Assembly (NCBI GenBank): GCA_035548655.1
Contig: DASZSN010000019.1
Span: 15,245 to 79,244 of the forward strand
DNA: 64,000 nucleotides
Direction of reading: 5' to 3'
Source: Minisyncoccota bacterium
Lineage (GTDB): Bacteria; Patescibacteriota; Minisyncoccia; Phycocordibacterales; UBA9973
Under the pieces are notes generated by a model. The model saw only the letters and a list, made by a program, of their open reading frames with translations, was not told where the DNA came from and did not search any database. How positions within the stretch are numbered: the first letter of the stretch is position 1; each line of letters starts with the position of its first letter. This document shows positions 19,468-26,101 of this stretch, in pieces. Made by a program: the position numbers and the translations under genes.

Positions 19468-19491
19468 CTCCGCATTTTTGCGGAGTTTTTT
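19468..19491 (+). terminator. Rho-independent terminator (CTCCGCA..TGCGGAG + T6)
   Basis: Seen directly after the stop of gene 18845-19453. Confidence 0.65.
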
Positions 19492-19499
19492 AATTAAAA

Positions 19500-19525
19500 C
19501 ATCACCGGCTGTTGTGCCGGTGATG
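19500..19525 (-). terminator. Hairpin terminator for the convergent CCA enzyme gene (10-bp stem CATCACCGGC/GCCGGTGATG)
   Basis: A perfect stem. Its minus-strand downstream side is moderately T-rich. Confidence 0.45.
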
Positions 19526-19682
19526 TTATTGGGAGCTCTCGTTTACAGCGATTCACTATTAATAATGTTGCCGCCAACAAGAGCATGACTATCAAAAAAG
19601 TTGGGAAGGACTTTGCTTTTTCATTATTTGGCACGATAAAAGTTTTTAGAAATACTATCCCCTACAACAGTAGATGTAAAGG

Positions 19683-21260
19683 CTATTTCTTCACTCCATG
19701 CTTTTCGTGCAATTTTTCTATCTCTTGTCCCTCCAATTCCTCCTTTTTCTCTTTTCCCCTCTCGCCGAGGGCTTTCAGTGCCCCATCAGGCAGACTGTCG
19801 AGTGTTTTGGCGAGTTCGGAGAGGTGTTCGGCAGTGTTTTTCGTCGGATCATTCAGTACCTCCTCAAGAAGCGCGTGCAGGATCCAGCCCATTCGTGGTC
19901 CCGGTTTCATGTGTAACTCCCCTATCAGATATGCGCCGTCGATTGCGAGCTGTCCCACAGAAATAGGATCTCGGAGCGCCTCTTCGATCATCGCGTGATA
20001 TTTTCGAAGTCGATATGGTGCTTCTTTTTTCTTCATTCCCACCCGATCGCATTCCCGAACTTCCATAAGTTCCCATATATGCTCGGGACCGACATTTCGA
20101 ATAATCCGACGCACTGCCGAGAGGGTGATTTTCTCGGTGTCGGAGAAAAACATATGGTTTCTGACAAGTGTTGTTACACGTGTAACCGTTTCACGTGAAA
20201 ATTTAAGCCTTTCGAGGATTGACTTTGCCATTTTTGCTCCGACTACCTCGTGACCAAAAAATGTATATTTATCCTTTGATCTGTCATACCGACGGGTCTT
20301 CGGTTTGCCAATGTCATGGAAAAGCGCCGAAAGTCGAACTTCAAGCGAATACCCCTTGTCGGCCGCATGCTGGAGCGCGTGCACAATGTGTTCAAACACG
20401 TCGTAGATATGGGCGCCTTTTTGCTCACACCCGACCCCCTCCAGAAGCTCTGGAATGACATATTCCAAAAGACCAGTCTTTTGCATCAGACCAAGACCGA
20501 TGCCGGGATTCTTCGAATCAATGATTTTTATAAATTCATCTCGAATTCGCTCCTTCGAAATTTCGTTGAGAAGCTCTTTGTTATCCATAATCGCCCCTAG
20601 TGTTTCATGTGAAATAGCAAAACCAAGTTGTGTGGAAAACCGCACTGCTCGCATCATACGGAGCGCATCCTCTTTGAAGCGATCTGCCGGATTAAGGACA
20701 CTCTGTATAACCTTGTCTTTTATGTCCTTTAAACCGCCAAAAATGTCCTTTATGGCATCTTTTACCGGATCATAGGCGATAGCATTCATCGTAAAGTCCC
20801 TTCTCTCAAGGTCTTTTTCTATGTTTGTTTCATATGAAACCTCGTCGGGATGGCGAAAATCAGTATATTTTCCCTCTGATCGATAGGTTGTTACTTGAGT
20901 TTCTTCAAATGTTTCACCTGAAACGTTTTCATGTGAAACAGGTCTATTAAGCACAGTAACTGTTCCAAATGTGTTTTCATATACAGTCCTTAGATCTTTA
21001 AAGACTTCTTGAACTTGTTCCGGCCTGGCATTTGTTGCTATGTCCCAGTCTTTTGGCACCCTCTCCATTATGAGATCTCTGACACATCCTCCAACCAGCC
21101 ACGCCTCAAAACCGGCGTCTTGAAGGCGCTTTGTTACATGTGAAACAAACGAAGGGATTTTCTTTCTATCAATCACTATGAAGCAATAATAGCATTGTTT
21201 TTCAATTGCAAATAGAAAAAACACCGTATACAATGTATGTACCAATATATGAGTGTTCAA
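19683..21260 (-). CDS. cca: CCA-adding tRNA nucleotidyltransferase with HD domain
   Basis: Pol-beta-type head motifs (GGCVRDLI, DWDIAT), an RxxRxxRF tail motif and the HD motif LFHDIGKPKT. The 5' end of the track ORF is probably too long, since it overlaps the divergent gene 21237-21920. Confidence 0.8.
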   Translation of the reverse strand: MNTHILVHTLYTVFFLFAIEKQCYYCFIVIDRKKIPSFVSHVTKRLQDAGFEAWLVGGCVRDLIMERVPKDWDIATNARPEQVQEVFKDLRTVYENTFGTVTVLNRPVSHENVSGETFEETQVTTYRSEGKYTDFRHPDEVSYETNIEKDLERRDFTMNAIAYDPVKDAIKDIFGGLKDIKDKVIQSVLNPADRFKEDALRMMRAVRFSTQLGFAISHETLGAIMDNKELLNEISKERIRDEFIKIIDSKNPGIGLGLMQKTGLLEYVIPELLEGVGCEQKGAHIYDVFEHIVHALQHAADKGYSLEVRLSALFHDIGKPKTRRYDRSKDKYTFFGHEVVGAKMAKSILERLKFSRETVTRVTTLVRNHMFFSDTEKITLSAVRRIIRNVGPEHIWELMEVRECDRVGMKKKEAPYRLRKYHAMIEEALRDPISVGQLAIDGAYLIGELHMKPGPRMGWILHALLEEVLNDPTKNTAEHLSELAKTLDSLPDGALKALGERGKEKKEELEGQEIEKLHEKHGVKK

Positions 21261-21920
21261 AATAAATTGAGAGCAATAGCGCTTAGAATGGAGGGGTATT
21301 CGTATAGTGAGATAATGAATCAGCTTCCTGTGTCAAAAAGCACCCTTTCCGGGTGGCTTAAGCACATACAACTGACCTCACAACAAGAAGATCTATTGCG
21401 TCAAAAAATCACCGCTCGATCAACCCTAGGCAGAGCGCATGCCGCGACAACAAACCGGAGAAAGCGAGCAGAGAGGGAGGCTATGGTTCTAAAGAGAGCA
21501 AGAGATGTCTTTGATTTGCAACAAAATGACCCGTTTTTCTGTTTTGGGATTTCAATGTATTGGGCGGAAGGCGGAAAGAAGAGTTCCATGTTCCAATTCA
21601 TGAATTCTGATCCGAGAATAATAAAGCTGATGATCCGATGGATCGAAACGTACATGAACGCGTCGAAAGAAAAAGACTTGTTTTTTCGTCTTTATATTCA
21701 CGACGCATACGCCCATGAAAACCGTGAAGAGTTTTGGGCAAAATACCTTGATATTTCAATGGGAAGATTCAAAAAAACGATATATAAACCGACTTCTCAT
21801 TTGGTTAAAAGAGGTCCCGAATATATGGGCTGTATGAGAATTGAGGCCTACAACATAAACTTTTTTTATATGGTACGAGAGTGGCAAAATATGTTGGCAA
21901 ATAAGCTTTCTATGCGGTAG
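21237..21920 (+). CDS. HTH-domain protein of unknown function (227 aa)
   Basis: N-terminal resolvase/sigma-like HTH YSYSEIMNQLPVSKSTLSGWLK. The C-terminal domain is unrecognised. Confidence 0.4.
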   Translation: MYQYMSVQNKLRAIALRMEGYSYSEIMNQLPVSKSTLSGWLKHIQLTSQQEDLLRQKITARSTLGRAHAATTNRRKRAEREAMVLKRARDVFDLQQNDPFFCFGISMYWAEGGKKSSMFQFMNSDPRIIKLMIRWIETYMNASKEKDLFFRLYIHDAYAHENREEFWAKYLDISMGRFKKTIYKPTSHLVKRGPEYMGCMRIEAYNINFFYMVREWQNMLANKLSMR

Positions 21921-21932
21921 TATTACTGGTAC

Positions 21933-22004
21933 GCACCTGTGGTGAAATGGATATCATAAACGACTTCGGATCGTTTGTTGTGGGTTCGAGTCCTGCCAGG
22001 TGCG
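21933..22004 (+). tRNA. tRNA-Arg (anticodon TCG)
   Basis: Manual fold: acceptor GCACCTG/CAGGTGC, D-stem GTGA/TCAT, anticodon stem AACGA/TCGTT with loop CTTCGGA, T-loop TTCGAGT. No encoded CCA. Confidence 0.6.
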
Positions 22005-22045
22005 CATTGGAACTTTTGTACTTAATCTGTATAATTGTTCCACTT

Positions 22046-22116
22046 GCGGTCATAGTTTAGTGGCAGAACGCCTCGTTGCCAACGAGAAGGCTGGATTTCG
22101 ATTATCCATGGCCGCA
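22046..22116 (+). tRNA. tRNA-Gly (anticodon GCC)
   Basis: Manual fold: acceptor GCGGTCA/TGGCCGC, anticodon loop TTGCCAA, T-arm TGGAT TTCGATT ATCCA. No encoded CCA. Confidence 0.7.
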
Positions 22117-22291
22117 CAGAAATGTCTTTTTTGGAAATCCTTTGTTTTCAATAGTTTATTTGGAAACTGTGGATAAACGTGTGTGTAAGTCGGATAAAGG
22201 ACATGACTTTTATGACTGTCTTATTAAAAACGTTATAAAATAAGGATTTTTAAAAGTCATCTTTATTTAGTTTTCACGTGAAACGTCTAGA

Positions 22292-22654
22292 ATGATACGG
22301 ATTTTTACATCAAAAAAACAAGTCCTTGGTCAGTCAGGCGAAAAAGAAGCAGTGCGATTTCTCAAAAAAGAAGGGTTTTCGATCATCGGGCGGAACATTG
22401 CCAACAAATTTGGTGAGATCGACATCGTCGCAAGAAAAAAAGGGGTTACGTACTTTTTTGAAGTAAAAACAGGAAAAGAGGGGAGTTCGATCAGCCCCGC
22501 AGAAAATCTCACAAAACAAAAACTCCGGAAGTTTTTTATTTCCGTTCAACATTATTGTCTGGTCCATGAAGTGAACAATTGCCGGATGCAAGGGATACTC
22601 ATTTTACAAAAGCCGGAAGGCACGTATACTGTCGAGACAATCGAATTATCATAA
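22292..22654 (+). CDS. YraN-family (UPF0102) endonuclease-like protein
   Basis: GEKEAVRFLKKEGFSIIGRN...GEIDIVARK...FFEVKT matches the YraN/UPF0102 pattern. The stop codon directly abuts tRNA-Pro. Confidence 0.65.
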   Translation: MIRIFTSKKQVLGQSGEKEAVRFLKKEGFSIIGRNIANKFGEIDIVARKKGVTYFFEVKTGKEGSSISPAENLTKQKLRKFFISVQHYCLVHEVNNCRMQGILILQKPEGTYTVETIELS

Positions 22655-22728
22655 CGGGCTGTAGTACACCGGTAGTATTCACGATTCGGGTTCGTGAGAA
22701 CTGGGTTCGATTCCCAGCAGCCCGACCA
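22655..22728 (+). tRNA. tRNA-Pro (anticodon CGG), with encoded CCA
   Basis: Acceptor CGGGCTG/CAGCCCG, anticodon loop TTCGGGT, T-arm CTGGG TTCGATT CCCAG, discriminator A plus CCA. Confidence 0.8.
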
Positions 22729-22770
22729 AAAAGACCCTTTTCTCAATCAACTTCTTTATCCTGTAAACAA

Positions 22771-22806
22771 AAGACGCTGACGATGTGTCAGCGTCTTTTG
22801 TCTTTG
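22771..22806. terminator. Bidirectional terminator between convergent tRNA-Pro(CGG) and tRNA-Gly(CCC)
   Basis: A perfect 10-bp stem, AAGACGCTGA/TCAGCGTCTT, followed by TTGTCTTTGTG. Confidence 0.6.
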
Positions 22807-22877
22807 TGCGGGATACGAGAATCGAACTCGTGCCTACTGCTTGGGAAGCAGTCATTCTGCCACTAAACTAATCCCGC
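22807..22877 (-). tRNA. tRNA-Gly (anticodon CCC)
   Basis: Minus-strand fold: acceptor GCGGGAT/ATCCCGC, anticodon loop TTCCCAA, T-arm ACGAG TTCGATT CTCGT. Confidence 0.75.
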
Positions 22878-22961
22878 TTGTGCTCATATCCTAACAGATG
22901 GACAGGCGACGCTCAATTGACTTTCTCCGATAAACGCGTAGTCTGTATGAAAAACAAGTAA

Positions 22962-23324
22962 ATGAAAAAAATTCTTTTGATCTCCATCGACGATGGGATT
23001 TCTAAACAAGGAGTATTTGATGAAATGGACATTGCGGGAATAGATACAAAAATGGTGAAACTTATTTTTGTAGATAATGATATAGAAAATGCAAAGAAGA
23101 AAATCCCCGTATTCATCGCAAAAGGCACCCCTGATCTAATCTGCATAAATGGTGCAATTCCAATCACGGATCTTGAGAAATTACTTCAAAAGATATCAGA
23201 GGTGAAAGAAAAAGACGGCCTTAATTTCCAACTGTATTCCTTGGGTGAACGTCCCGAGAAGAGAAATCTTCTCTTTAAGAACCATTTGCGAGGCTACCCA
23301 GATCTTGCTCTGGTCCAGAGATAG
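22962..23324 (+). CDS. Hypothetical protein (120 aa)
   Basis: An ORF with its own terminator. Confidence 0.35.
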   Translation: MKKILLISIDDGISKQGVFDEMDIAGIDTKMVKLIFVDNDIENAKKKIPVFIAKGTPDLICINGAIPITDLEKLLQKISEVKEKDGLNFQLYSLGERPEKRNLLFKNHLRGYPDLALVQR

Positions 23325-23347
23325 CCCTTTTCAAGAGGGCTTTTTTT
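23322..23347 (+). terminator. Rho-independent terminator (AGCCCT..AGGGCT + T7)
   Basis: Seen at the stop of gene 22962-23324. Confidence 0.65.
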
Positions 23348-23404
23348 ATTTTTCCTTTATAAAAAAAATCTTTTCTGCTACGATACCCAGTACTCCAACA
23401 AGAT

Positions 23405-23475
23405 CGGGCTGTAGTACAGCGGTAGTATGCGCCCATGGGGTGGGTGTGACCCGAGTTCGACTCTCGGCAGCCCGA
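23405..23475 (+). tRNA. tRNA-Pro (anticodon GGG)
   Basis: Acceptor CGGGCTG/CAGCCCG, identical to the Pro(CGG) acceptor; anticodon loop ATGGGGT; T-arm CCGAG TTCGACT CTCGG. Confidence 0.7.
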
Positions 23476-23492
23476 CATCAAAATAATATCTT

Positions 23493-23525
23493 CGGGCTGT
23501 GGTATAACGGCTAACGTGCGTGGTG
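23493..23525 (+). pseudogene. Degenerate 5' tRNA-Pro fragment (acceptor plus D-arm copy without a 3' half)
   Basis: CGGGCTGTGGTATAACGGCTAACGTGCGTGG repeats the acceptor and D-arm of the neighbouring tRNA-Pro genes, but no matching 3' half follows. Confidence 0.35.
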
Positions 23526-23526
23526 G

Positions 23527-23628
23527 GGTTGAATATAAAGTCGGGACGTGGTGTAACGGCTAACATACGTGTTTTGGGTACACGTGACTCCGGGTTCGAA
23601 TCCCGGCGTCCCGACTTTATATTCAACC
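23527..23628. repeat. Perfect 22-bp inverted repeat (GGTTGAATATAAAGTCGGGACG / CGTCCCGACTTTATATTCAACC) enclosing tRNA-Pro(TGG)
   Basis: Left arm 23527-23548, right arm 23607-23628. The inner 7 bp of each arm are the tRNA acceptor stem. Confidence 0.8.
23542..23614 (+). tRNA. tRNA-Pro (anticodon TGG)
   Basis: Acceptor CGGGACG/CGTCCCG, D-arm GTGT AACGGCTA ACAT, anticodon stem CGTGT/ACACG with loop TTTGGGT, T-arm CCGGG TTCGAAT CCCGG. Confidence 0.8.
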
Positions 23629-23658
23629 AGTAGCATGGATATGCTACTGCGACGCAAG

Positions 23659-23692
23659 GCGCGACTCCGGGTTCAAATCACAGAGACCGGCA
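23659..23692 (+). pseudogene. Degenerate 3' tRNA fragment (T-arm-like GACTCCGGGTTCAAATCACAG)
   Basis: Near-copy of the T-arm region of tRNA-Pro(TGG), without a pairing 3' stem or acceptor. Confidence 0.3.
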
Positions 23693-23743
23693 ATCTGCCT
23701 TTTCAAGCGCAGATTTTGATAAAATAACAACAGCTACAAAAAA

Positions 23744-23814
23744 GCGGGATTAGTTTATCGGTAAAATAACAGTTTTCCAAACTGTGGTGAAGGGTTCGAC
23801 TCCCTTATCCCGCA
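23744..23814 (+). tRNA. tRNA-Gly (anticodon TCC)
   Basis: Acceptor GCGGGAT/ATCCCGC, anticodon stem ACAGT/ACTGT with loop TTTCCAA, T-arm AAGGG TTCGACT CCCTT. Confidence 0.8.
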
Positions 23815-23824
23815 CAAAAACAAG

Positions 23825-23862
23825 AGAGTTGGACGCATCGTGTCCGGCTCTTTTGTTTTTTG
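23825..23862. terminator. Bidirectional terminator after tRNA-Gly(TCC)
   Basis: AGAGTTGGACGCATCGTGTCCGGCTCT imperfect hairpin followed by TTTGTTTTTT. The reverse strand also ends in a T-run. Confidence 0.5.
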
Positions 23863-23864
23863 AC

Positions 23865-24008
23865 GGAGGAAGAGAGGCGAACGACGGAGGCGGTATACAA
23901 GATGAGTCCGACAGCTGGCGGACGAATGCTTGTGGCCGAGTCGGGGTCGCGACCTCGCCATAGGCGAGAGTAGTGACCGACTCCCGTATTCCCGCACTCG
24001 AGCATAAA
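23865..24008. ncRNA. Structured intergenic segment, candidate small RNA of undetermined family and strand
   Basis: No credible ORF. It contains nested hairpins (GTCCG ACAGCTGG CGGAC; GAGTCGG ... CTCGCC ATA GGCGAG ... CCGACTC) and is bounded by terminators on both sides. Confidence 0.2.
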
Positions 24009-24031
24009 AATAACCCCTTTTATAAGGGGTT
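24003..24031 (-). terminator. Terminator for minus-strand gene 24049-24393 (AACCCCTT TTAT AAGGGGTT)
   Basis: Perfect 8-bp stem, followed on the minus strand by ATTTTTATG. Confidence 0.55.
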
Positions 24032-24048
24032 GGGATCAATGTAATGGA

Positions 24049-24393
24049 TCATACAAATAAAGTTTTTTTTACTTCTCCATGATCTTTTATCGCCTCGGTT
24101 CCAGTTATGATTTGCTCCGGCGAGACGTGAATGAAGCGAGAGCTCCCGTTCATTATTTTTTTCACCTCAGTCATCGTGGAAGTAATGCGGAGAGCGGGGA
24201 CTTTCTCCTCAAATATGACTGCAACTGGCTTCTTTTCCTTCGCTTTCTCCCTGATAGTTTTTGGAGTTGCATCGTCGTGCATAAAGGTAAGACATGGTCT
24301 TTTGTTTGGGCCATCAAAATAGATTCTTTTGACGTTTTTTTCAAAACCCCTTGCCTCAGCGGGGGAGCAGCTGGTAACAAACAGTAACTTCAT
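24049..24393 (-). CDS. Hypothetical protein (114 aa)
   Basis: ORF only. Confidence 0.35.
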   Translation of the reverse strand: MKLLFVTSCSPAEARGFEKNVKRIYFDGPNKRPCLTFMHDDATPKTIREKAKEKKPVAVIFEEKVPALRITSTMTEVKKIMNGSSRFIHVSPEQIITGTEAIKDHGEVKKTLFV

Positions 24394-24451
24394 AATTTAA
24401 AGAATTTCCGACCATCATAGCGTACTATTGAAAAAAGGCAACTGGTACAAC

Positions 24452-24477
24452 GTAAAAACCCGCCGAAGGGGCGGGTT
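24452..24477 (-). terminator. Terminator for hup (AACCCGCC GAAG GGCGGGTT)
   Basis: Hairpin with a minus-strand T-run. Confidence 0.65.
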
Positions 24478-24498
24478 GTTACGAAGTGGGTGAAAAAA

Positions 24499-24771
24499 TT
24501 ATTTCACGGCGTCCTTGAGTGCCTTCGCGGCGCGGAAGCGCGGTACGCGAGTTGCCGGCACTTTGACCTGCTCACCAGTCTTTGGGTTGCGGGCCATGCG
24601 GGCTGCGCGCGTCTTTACCGAAAAGATACCGAGACCGGCGATGGAAACTTCGCTACCGCTCTTCAAGGTCTTGGTGATTTCTGCGATGATACTCTCCACG
24701 ACCTCCTCAGCTTGCACCTTGGTGCCGCCGATTTTTCCGTGAATCATTTCAACGAGTGCTTGTTTATTCAT
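24499..24771 (-). CDS. hup: DNA-binding protein HU
   Basis: 90 aa, with the GLGIFSV and RNPKTGE motifs characteristic of the HU/IHF family. Confidence 0.9.
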   Translation of the reverse strand: MNKQALVEMIHGKIGGTKVQAEEVVESIIAEITKTLKSGSEVSIAGLGIFSVKTRAARMARNPKTGEQVKVPATRVPRFRAAKALKDAVK

Positions 24772-24885
24772 ATGAAACGAATGGGGGAATCCCCGAATAG
24801 AGCTAATTGATAATGCTCGTCAATGCGCCGGAAGCTACTGCTTTGGGCAAATTCATTATATACCAAGGGTTTTTCGGTGCAAAAT

Positions 24886-24914
24886 TGACAAAAAGCAGTT
24901 TTTGAGTTAGTATA
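24886..24914 (+). promoter_or_regulatory. Sigma70-like promoter (TTGACA - 17 bp - TAGTAT)
   Basis: Upstream of the small ORF 24937-25077. Confidence 0.45.
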
Positions 24915-24936
24915 TTTTCAAATAAAATCCGTTTTA

Positions 24937-25077
24937 TGAAAAAAGTAGCGTACCTTTTGATTGGTTTTTTGACGGTGGGAATCTTTATCGCAATTATTGA
25001 AGCGGTAAAGATTGGGAAGCTGGCAAAAAAACTGAAGAAAGAAATTTCCCTTTGGGAAGAAGCCGCTCGATTATGAG
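24937..25077 (+). CDS. Small membrane peptide (46 aa), below the ORF-track size cutoff
   Basis: MKKVAYLLIGFLTVGIFIAIIEAVKIGKLAKKLKKEISLWEEAARL: one TM segment plus a basic tail, flanked by a promoter and a strong terminator. Confidence 0.3.
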
Positions 25078-25096
25078 CGGCTTTTGTGTTTTTCTA
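25061..25096 (+). terminator. Rho-independent terminator (AAGCCGCTC..AGCGGCTT + T-run)
   Basis: Overlaps the stop codon of the 46-aa ORF. Confidence 0.6.
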
Positions 25097-26077
25097 TTTT
25101 GTCTTTGCGAAACCGGATTCGTACTGGGCAGCGGTCACTTTTCGATAGAAGATATAGCCATAGTCATCTTCGCTGTAGCTGATCCCCTGATCCGCTTCAA
25201 AACGATTTGGACCGATCGGAGTACGCGTCGGAAAGACTGCGTGCTCAGGAATGACGTTTTCGATCTTTTCTTCCCCATTCTCTTCTGAGACATATGTGTA
25301 TCCTTCGTTTGCTCGGGTGTCATTTTGATCACTTTTAGGAACCAGTGACATCACCCACGGCATCTTTTTACTGAAGTTTGGATTTTCTGTCGCAACGGCA
25401 GTGAGTATATCCTCTGATGCCGGTTGCCACCCGCCTTCTTTTTGCATGGCATTGATGATTGCCCCCGCTTTGTTATTATCGTTCTCATTCCCAGAAACCT
25501 TCACGACGCAAACCTCAACCGTCTTGTCGTGGTAGGGAATGAGATAGCGACTCTCGATAGTGACGTTGCCGACTTTTTTTCCTTCCTGAATAGCGGTAAT
25601 TGTTTTGACTCCACCAGCGATTTTTGCTTGCAGTGAATCTGTCGGATCGTTTTTCATTGCCACGACTTTTGCGTCTTTGTGCGAAAGTGAATCTTCGAGA
25701 GTTTTTGCATCCGCCTTGTGTGGTATAGCCATTGCACCGGCAATACCAAACATTGCCGCGACCCTAAGGTACCACGGTTTTTTTCTCTCTTCTTTTGGTC
25801 GTTCGTCTACCCACGATTCGTCCCCCATGCTCTTTTTTTCTTGTGCCGTATCAATAGCATGCTCAACACTGATGCTTTTTTTAATTTGTTTTATCTTTTC
25901 CTGATCAAGGGTGCTCGGTTTTTTATCCGGACGAGACTGCGCCGCGTTTTCAAATATTTCTTCTATTTTTTGCTGTTTTATCTGCTGTTCTTGTGGAGGC
26001 AATTCGCGGTCATCTTCAAATGGTTCCAATTGTTCGTTGGTGGGATTCTCGTATTTCATACGCCCATCATACCACAA
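25094..26077 (-). CDS. Hypothetical single-pass membrane protein (327 aa)
   Basis: Acidic, Lys-rich N-terminus, then TM WYLRVAAMFGIAGAMAI and an extracytoplasmic domain. Sits downstream of, and likely co-transcribed with, the ATPase gene. Confidence 0.4.
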   Translation of the reverse strand: MWYDGRMKYENPTNEQLEPFEDDRELPPQEQQIKQQKIEEIFENAAQSRPDKKPSTLDQEKIKQIKKSISVEHAIDTAQEKKSMGDESWVDERPKEERKKPWYLRVAAMFGIAGAMAIPHKADAKTLEDSLSHKDAKVVAMKNDPTDSLQAKIAGGVKTITAIQEGKKVGNVTIESRYLIPYHDKTVEVCVVKVSGNENDNNKAGAIINAMQKEGGWQPASEDILTAVATENPNFSKKMPWVMSLVPKSDQNDTRANEGYTYVSEENGEEKIENVIPEHAVFPTRTPIGPNRFEADQGISYSEDDYGYIFYRKVTAAQYESGFAKTK

Positions 26078-26101
26078 TCAAAACACCGGCTTGCGTCGGT
26101 G

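Noticed and set aside
19683-21260. The N-terminal 30 codons of the CCA enzyme track ORF (MNTHILVHTLYTVFFLFAIEKQCYYCFIV)
   Set aside because: They overlap the divergent gene 21237-21920 and look like translated promoter DNA. The real start is probably near the IDRKKIPSF segment. The gene call is kept but its 5' end is not trusted.
21237-21920. LAGLIDADG-type homing endonuclease, suggested by FGISMYWAEGG
   Set aside because: The match to the LAGLIDADG motif is weak, the N-terminal HTH is atypical for that family, and the gene is not inside an intron or intein. Left as an HTH protein of unknown function.
22160-22180. Perfect DnaA-box consensus TGTGGATAA between tRNA-Gly and yraN
   Set aside because: It is a single isolated 9-mer far from dnaA, with no clustering or AT-rich unwinding element. 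It is most likely coincidental. The origin is better placed at 60.7-62.4 kb.
23487-23700. Intron-containing or split tRNA (outer tRNA whose intron contains tRNA-Pro)
   Set aside because: The upstream 5' fragment (acceptor CGGGCTG, stem CGTGG) has no complementary 3' acceptor (CAGCCCG) or anticodon-stem partner downstream. The fragments are better explained as degenerate duplication remnants.
23865-24008. Possible SRP RNA (ffs) or tmRNA/RNase P fragment after the tRNA cluster
   Set aside because: No GGAA-type tetraloop flanked by the conserved AGG/AGCAGC internal-loop motifs of SRP domain IV. No tRNA-like 3' end with a T-loop and CCA for tmRNA. Far too short, and lacking the P4 consensus, for RNase P RNA. 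Kept only as an unclassified structured segment.
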